Positions 35,280-39,718 of a stretch of DNA of 39,718 nucleotides are shown piece by piece (position 1 is the first letter of the stretch; each line of letters begins with the position of its first letter). Origin of the DNA: a virus (Duplodnaviria; Caudoviricetes); IMG/VR virus record IMGVR_UViG_3300020044_001367, positions 1 to 39,718 of that record, one strand, 5' to 3'. Below the pieces are notes generated by a model, which was not told the origin of the DNA, did no database searches, and was given only the letters and a program-made list of their open reading frames with translations. The position numbers and the translations under genes are program-made.

Positions 35280-35696
35280 TTGGCACAAATCCTTTTAAGC
35301 GCCGCATTAGCGGTAGGAATTGTGTTTGCCAGCCCTGCAACAGCAGAAGCACCAAAAATTGAATTGCATCAATTGCCGCCTAAACAAATTGCGCTGGTAT
35401 TGGTTAAAAAAGATTACAAAGATCATGCAAAACAATACTTTTGCCTGGTTGAGTTGGTATCGCGTGAGAGCGGCTGGCGTGTAGATGCGCTTAATCGTTC
35501 TTCAGGCGCGTTTGGATTGTTTCAATTTTTGCCTAGCACATGGGGCAATTACAAATATCCGTACAAGCCCAAAGATGCCATCACACAGATTAAGGCTGGG
35601 CTAAGATATGTGTATAAGCGTTACGGTTCTCCATGTAACGCATGGGCTTTTTGGAAAAAACAAGCAGGATCAGACTTGAGAGGCGGTTGGTACTAA
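35280..35696 (+). CDS. Secreted lytic transglycosylase (SLT / lysozyme-like fold)
   Basis: Signal peptide (ILLSAALAVGIVFASPATA), catalytic RES.W, N.SSGA.GL.QF, and QI..GL.Y...RYG.PC.AW. Confidence 0.85.
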   Translation: MAQILLSAALAVGIVFASPATAEAPKIELHQLPPKQIALVLVKKDYKDHAKQYFCLVELVSRESGWRVDALNRSSGAFGLFQFLPSTWGNYKYPYKPKDAITQIKAGLRYVYKRYGSPCNAWAFWKKQAGSDLRGGWY

Positions 35697-35782
35697 TGAG
35701 CATTGTTGAACCTTTGGGCATACCAACAGAAATTGGCTTGCCTCAACATTATGACCCGTTTGAAGAAGAAGATGGCGATTAA
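35696..35782 (+). CDS. 28-aa acidic peptide (not in ORF track)
   Basis: MSIVEPLGIPTEIGLPQHYDPFEEEDGD*; TAATG coupling. Confidence 0.4.
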   Translation: MSIVEPLGIPTEIGLPQHYDPFEEEDGD

Positions 35783-36113
35783 TGCCAAAGTTGTAACCAT
35801 AGTAATTACTAGGGCAGATGGTTATTGCGAAACATGCGGGAGCCCTGGATTGCCTGAGAACATGGCGCTACACCACCGCAAACTTAAATCCCGCGGCGGG
35901 AAAGACACACCCGCAAATTTAATTTTGGTTCACCACGGTTGCCATAATCTAAAAACCAGTAGTATTCACCTTAATCCCGCTCAGGCTGAGCAAAAGGGTT
36001 GGATTTGTCCTTCATGGAGAGAGCCAGTGGATCACCCTTTTGTAAAGCCTGACGGGTCAATAGTGTTACTAAGAGATGACGGTACAGAAGCCGTATTGAT
36101 GGAAGGTGAATAA
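35772..36113 (+). CDS. HNH endonuclease
   Basis: CETCG, HHRK..SRGG, NL...H..CH motifs; start MAINA preferred. Confidence 0.85.
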   Translation: MAINAKVVTIVITRADGYCETCGSPGLPENMALHHRKLKSRGGKDTPANLILVHHGCHNLKTSSIHLNPAQAEQKGWICPSWREPVDHPFVKPDGSIVLLRDDGTEAVLMEGE

Positions 36114-36469
36114 TGAACATAAGCGTCAAAGGTAATTTAGGCAGTGATCCTGATTTAAAATTTTCAAAAAACAATAATGCTTATTGTAATTTCTCATTGG
36201 CTTACACACCACGCAAGCAAGTTAATGGTGAATGGGTTGATGGAGAAACTAATTGGTTTAAGGTTGTTGCGTTTGGAACTAAGGCTGAAGCGATTGCAGA
36301 CAGTTTTAAAAAAGGTGACACAGTTCTAGTTGTGGGTGAGTTAGCACAAAGCACTTACACAGACAAAGAAGGCAAAGAAAAAACATCAATGGAAATTACA
36401 GCCAAAGATGTAGGTTTAGTTCCTAGATTACACAAGGCTAAGAAAACACAGGAGGCAACACCGTGGTAG
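36113..36469 (+). CDS. ssb: Single-stranded DNA-binding protein
   Basis: GNLG.DP.L.F, T.WF.V..FG..AE, KG..V.V.G.L OB-fold; short C-terminal ..PW tail. Confidence 0.9.
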   Translation: MNISVKGNLGSDPDLKFSKNNNAYCNFSLAYTPRKQVNGEWVDGETNWFKVVAFGTKAEAIADSFKKGDTVLVVGELAQSTYTDKEGKEKTSMEITAKDVGLVPRLHKAKKTQEATPW

Positions 36470-36648
36470 ATGAACTAATGAGCGCACCTGAAGTTTGCGA
36501 GCGCCTAAACATTACAATCAACAATTTGCGACAGATACAACACCGTAAAACTCTTGCATGGGTTGATAAGCGCGGGCGTAATGTGTTCTATAAGCGTGAA
36601 GATGTTGAAGCATATTTTTCAAAGCGCCAGGAGCGTAATCAAGGCTAA
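36463..36648 (+). CDS. MerR/excisionase-like HTH DNA-binding protein
   Basis: LMSAPEVCERLNIT...Y.REDVEAY. Confidence 0.7.
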   Translation: MVDELMSAPEVCERLNITINNLRQIQHRKTLAWVDKRGRNVFYKREDVEAYFSKRQERNQG

Positions 36649-36657
36649 TATCTTCAT

Positions 36658-36849
36658 GTGATCGTCATTGAAGAAGAAGTAACCCTGGAACAGATAGATG
36701 AATGTCTGAGCCATGTTTACACCATGCTCAAAACAGATGAATTTGGCAATCGCATGGATTGGCGCAAAAAAGAAATGCTTGCGGAACAACTTGATGAATT
36801 ACTAGATGCGCGTTTAAACCTGGTTAAAACAGGAAAAGCAATTCTATGA
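36658..36849 (+). CDS. Hypothetical protein
   Basis: 63 aa helical; LDELLDARL motif; leaderless GTG after TAATAT. Confidence 0.55.
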   Translation: MIVIEEEVTLEQIDECLSHVYTMLKTDEFGNRMDWRKKEMLAEQLDELLDARLNLVKTGKAIL

Positions 36850-36966
36850 ATGAACAAACGCTAGTAATAACTTTTTTCATTGTCTTACTTGTAATTCTTT
36901 TAATGAACCAGTAAGTTATGCGCACCACTAGATGAAAAATAAGTAATCTAGCGAGTGCTGGGCAAC

Positions 36967-37000
36967 ACCCCTATTCCAATGAGTAGGGGTTTTGTTCTTT
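36967..37000 (+). terminator. Rho-independent terminator before the terminase operon
   Basis: ACCCCTATTC-CAAT-GAGTAGGGGT followed by TTTGTTCTTT. Confidence 0.75.
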
Positions 37001-37004
37001 CAAT

Positions 37005-37033
37005 TTGCGGTAAACTTTTTATCACATTAAAGT
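37005..37033 (+). promoter_or_regulatory. Promoter for the terminase operon
   Basis: TTGCGG (37005-37010)-17 nt-TAAAGT (37028-37033); ATG 9 nt downstream with no RBS. Confidence 0.5.
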
Positions 37034-37042
37034 GAACACATT

Positions 37043-37555
37043 ATGGTAGAAAAAGCGCCTACGCCTGAGCGTATAGACAAAGAACGCGCAATAGTTGAGT
37101 TGCGCACTGAAGGTTATGTTTGGCGTGAGATTGCTCAGATTGTCAGCATGAGTACAGCGGGCGTTTACAAGGCTTACAACAGAGCCATGACGCGGGTGAT
37201 TGCTCCATCAATTGAAGAACACCGTGAGATGGAATTAGATCGCCTGGACATTCTTCAGCGCACTTATTGGCAACCAGCCGTGAACGGTAATCTAAGAGCG
37301 GCTGATTATGTATTGCGTGTGATTGATAAACGGGCAAAGTTACTGGGCTTAGATGCTCCATTGAAAGTACAAGCGGAAGTGGTGACTTATGACGGATCAG
37401 ATCTTGACGCAGAAGTTGAGCGAGTCGCAAGACTCATTGAGGCAGGAACAATCTATAACAGCGCCGACATTGCAACCGTCACAGAACTCACGGATAACAG
37501 CAAGCCGTTGGATATGGAAGAACAAACTAGCGCGGAAGGAACAACTACCGCCTGA
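37043..37555 (+). CDS. terS: Terminase small subunit
   Basis: N-terminal HTH, ELDRLD.L, and RRAKLLGLDAP-type motif; directly before the large subunit. Confidence 0.75.
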   Translation: MVEKAPTPERIDKERAIVELRTEGYVWREIAQIVSMSTAGVYKAYNRAMTRVIAPSIEEHREMELDRLDILQRTYWQPAVNGNLRAADYVLRVIDKRAKLLGLDAPLKVQAEVVTYDGSDLDAEVERVARLIEAGTIYNSADIATVTELTDNSKPLDMEEQTSAEGTTTA

Positions 37556-38819
37556 AGGTGATTGGAACATTTGGCTTGCAATGGCTGGGCGTGGATTTGG
37601 CAAAACAAGATTAGGCGCTGAAGAAATTGCATGGCAAGCAATCGTTCAACCCGCTACACGCTGGGCAGTAGTAGCCCCTACATTTTCAGATGCTAGAGAT
37701 ACATGCGCTGAAGGTGAGTCAGGCATTGTTGCGGTATTACAGCGGTATCAAATGCTTCAGAATTACAACCGTTCTATTGGTGAGATCTTGCTAAAAAACG
37801 GTAGCCGCATAAAACTATTTTCTGCTGATAACCCTGAACGCTTCCGTGGCCCTCAACATCATGGCGCATGGTGTGATGAATTAGGTGCATGGCGCTATCA
37901 AGACGCATGGGATCAATTGCAGTTTGGTTTACGCCTGGGTAAAAAGCCACGGGTAATTGTTACTACTACACCGCGTTCAACAGCCCTCATTCGCATGCTT
38001 GCAGGGCGTACAGATGGCTCAGTAGTAATTACTAGAGGCTCAACATTTGATAACGCTGCAAATCTAGCCCCTAGCGCATTGATGGAATTACAAGCGCGGT
38101 ACAACGGCACAAGATTAGGTAGGCAAGAACTTTATGGTGAAATCCTTGATGATGTTGAAGGCGCGTTATGGACTAGAGGGTTAATAGATCGCACCCGCAT
38201 AGATACAGCCCCAACTATGGCAAGAATTGTTGTAAGCGTAGATCCTGCTGTAACTAATTCAGAGAAGTCAGATGAAACAGGCATTGTGGTTGTTGGCTCT
38301 ACTGCTGACGGTCAAGGTTATGTATTGGGAGATTACTCATTTAGAGGATCACCGTTAGCCTGGGCAACAAAGGCAGTAGAACTATTTGATAAGTACAAAG
38401 CAGATGCAGTGCTGGTTGAAGTAAACCAGGGCGGTGACATGGTTGGAGCAGTGCTTAAACAAGTACGCCCTACGCTACCAATTAGAGAAATTAGAGTGCA
38501 TGTTGGCAAGAAACTTAGAGCAGAACCAGTAGCAGCAATGTATGAGCAAGGCCGTATTCACCACATTGGAGAATTTGCAGAACTAGAAGATCAGATGTGT
38601 ACCTGGACTGTTGATGAACCAAACTCACCTGACCGTATTGATGCAATGGTGCAGGGTTTTAGTGATCTATTAGGAAAAGTTACAGTTAGTAATTACTTTA
38701 ATGCGATTGCTAACCACTGCCCTAAGTGCGGGCTACCAATGCCTAAATCATTTACTCATTGCTCAGCATGTAGAACCGCTATGATTAGCGCCAAATCAGA
38801 AGTGACGCAGGGAGCATAA
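37389..38819 (+). CDS. terL: Terminase large subunit with C-terminal Zn ribbon
   Basis: Walker A AGRGFGKT, Walker B WCDE, TTTP, and nuclease VDP..D / DRIDA. Start is uncertain (ATG 37389 or TTG 37470). Confidence 0.93.
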   Translation: MTDQILTQKLSESQDSLRQEQSITAPTLQPSQNSRITASRWIWKNKLARKEQLPPEGDWNIWLAMAGRGFGKTRLGAEEIAWQAIVQPATRWAVVAPTFSDARDTCAEGESGIVAVLQRYQMLQNYNRSIGEILLKNGSRIKLFSADNPERFRGPQHHGAWCDELGAWRYQDAWDQLQFGLRLGKKPRVIVTTTPRSTALIRMLAGRTDGSVVITRGSTFDNAANLAPSALMELQARYNGTRLGRQELYGEILDDVEGALWTRGLIDRTRIDTAPTMARIVVSVDPAVTNSEKSDETGIVVVGSTADGQGYVLGDYSFRGSPLAWATKAVELFDKYKADAVLVEVNQGGDMVGAVLKQVRPTLPIREIRVHVGKKLRAEPVAAMYEQGRIHHIGEFAELEDQMCTWTVDEPNSPDRIDAMVQGFSDLLGKVTVSNYFNAIANHCPKCGLPMPKSFTHCSACRTAMISAKSEVTQGA

Positions 38820-38821
38820 TA

Positions 38822-39496
38822 ATGGCTGTTGTTTACAACCTGGGAATGGATCAAGGCGCTGACTGGGATCTGAATGTTGTGTATAAGCAACCTGCATCAA
38901 TTACTAATGTTACAGGCAACGGCACAACTGTTACCTATACAGCCACAAATTCATTTAGTGCAGGGCAAACAGTTTCTATTGATGAAGTAATGCCCTACAT
39001 TTACAATCTTCAAAATGTAACAATTGCAACAGCGAGCGCAACACAATTCACTGTAACAAATGCAGCAACAGGCATATACATTTCAGGTGGATTAGCAACA
39101 GCACCACAGCCAGACGATTTTGTTTTAGTTGTAAGATGTTGGGCATCAAATCAGGTAAGAACACCTTCTACTTCAAGTACTGGCTGGGGCGTACTAGCAG
39201 AAATTTTTGGCAATAGCACAAATGATACGAATTTGGAAATTTATTGGAAATTTATGGGTACTACGCCCGACACTTCAATTACATTAAATGCTCATACTAC
39301 TGGTAACGATTCAAGTTCTATAATTGTTTATGTTTTTCGTGGCGTTGATTTAACAACTCCTTTTGATGTCACATCAACAACTGCAACTACAACTACAACT
39401 GTATTGCCTAATCCTCCTGCTATTACACCAACCACAACAAATTCAATTATCGTAGTTGCTGCAGGCGGTGCACACACTGATGGAAATGACACATAA
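38822..39496 (+). CDS. Thr-rich virion accessory protein, apparently chimeric and truncated
   Basis: YNL.MDQGADW N-terminus and beta-rich domains; protein-like sequence continues past in-frame TAA stops. Confidence 0.5.
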   Translation: MAVVYNLGMDQGADWDLNVVYKQPASITNVTGNGTTVTYTATNSFSAGQTVSIDEVMPYIYNLQNVTIATASATQFTVTNAATGIYISGGLATAPQPDDFVLVVRCWASNQVRTPSTSSTGWGVLAEIFGNSTNDTNLEIYWKFMGTTPDTSITLNAHTTGNDSSSIIVYVFRGVDLTTPFDVTSTTATTTTTVLPNPPAITPTTTNSIIVVAAGGAHTDGNDT

Positions 39497-39718
39497 ACGA
39501 CAGGATATCTTACTAATTGTAGAACTGTAGGTATAGGTTTAAGATAATATGCTATTGCCGGTATTGGTTGGTTGACTTTTACAAGTGTAGCTTATGATCC
39601 TGTAGCACATACGATAATTGAATTGCTGGTAATTGGTTGATTAGAAGGAGGTTTAAGCAATTAAGTTATAGTTGTAGTTGCTGTTGTTCATGTTGCATAA
39701 AAAAGAGATGACAATTTA

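Noticed and set aside
36463-36648. Excisionase implying a temperate lifestyle
   Set aside because: No integrase, att-like site or CI-like repressor was found; the HTH is generic. A small unsequenced gap remains, but it lies in the structural block.
36915-37000. tRNA gene
   Set aside because: No cloverleaf, T-loop GTTCRA or acceptor stem.
39494-39640. Stop-codon reassignment suggested by in-frame stops at the right end
   Set aside because: TAA, TAG and TGA all terminate well-defined genes elsewhere in the window; sequence degeneration is the simpler explanation.
1-39718. Direct terminal repeat or closed circular genome
   Set aside because: The first and last bases do not overlap and both ends fall in truncated accessory genes, so a gap of unknown size remains.

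Overview
The window is a nearly complete, circularly permuted genome of a tailed dsDNA phage with siphovirus-type morphology (tail tube, frameshifted tail chaperone, 1136-aa tape measure, no sheath). The host is most likely a low-GC (freshwater-type) actinobacterium, inferred from a WhiB-family gene, leaderless SigA-type promoters and a CRP/GlxR-like box. Gene order: [glycine-rich accessory virion genes] - [antisense GH130-like propeller / TPR / FkbM cassette] - portal - MuF polyvalent effector - protease/scaffold - major capsid - head-tail and tail genes - lysis - DUF6378/metallophosphoesterase - recombination/replication (SSAP, Cas4-like nuclease, WhiB, DUF1376 initiator, RusA) - early genes - SLT, HNH, SSB - terminase small and large - start of the accessory virion block, which degenerates at the contig end. 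No integrase, DNA polymerase, reverse transcriptase, tRNA or CRISPR array was seen. The most interesting items are: (1) an antisense glyco-modification-like cassette embedded among Ser/Thr/Gly-rich virion genes; (2) a MuF protein carrying a HExxH metallopeptidase plus an atypical ADP-ribosyltransferase-like domain, followed by two small candidate immunity ORFs; (3) apparently total absence of AGCT and CCGG over about 39.5 kb; (4) a hairpin after the tail tube gene whose loop can pair with the leader of the tail chaperone gene. All family assignments come from motif recognition by eye, not database searches.
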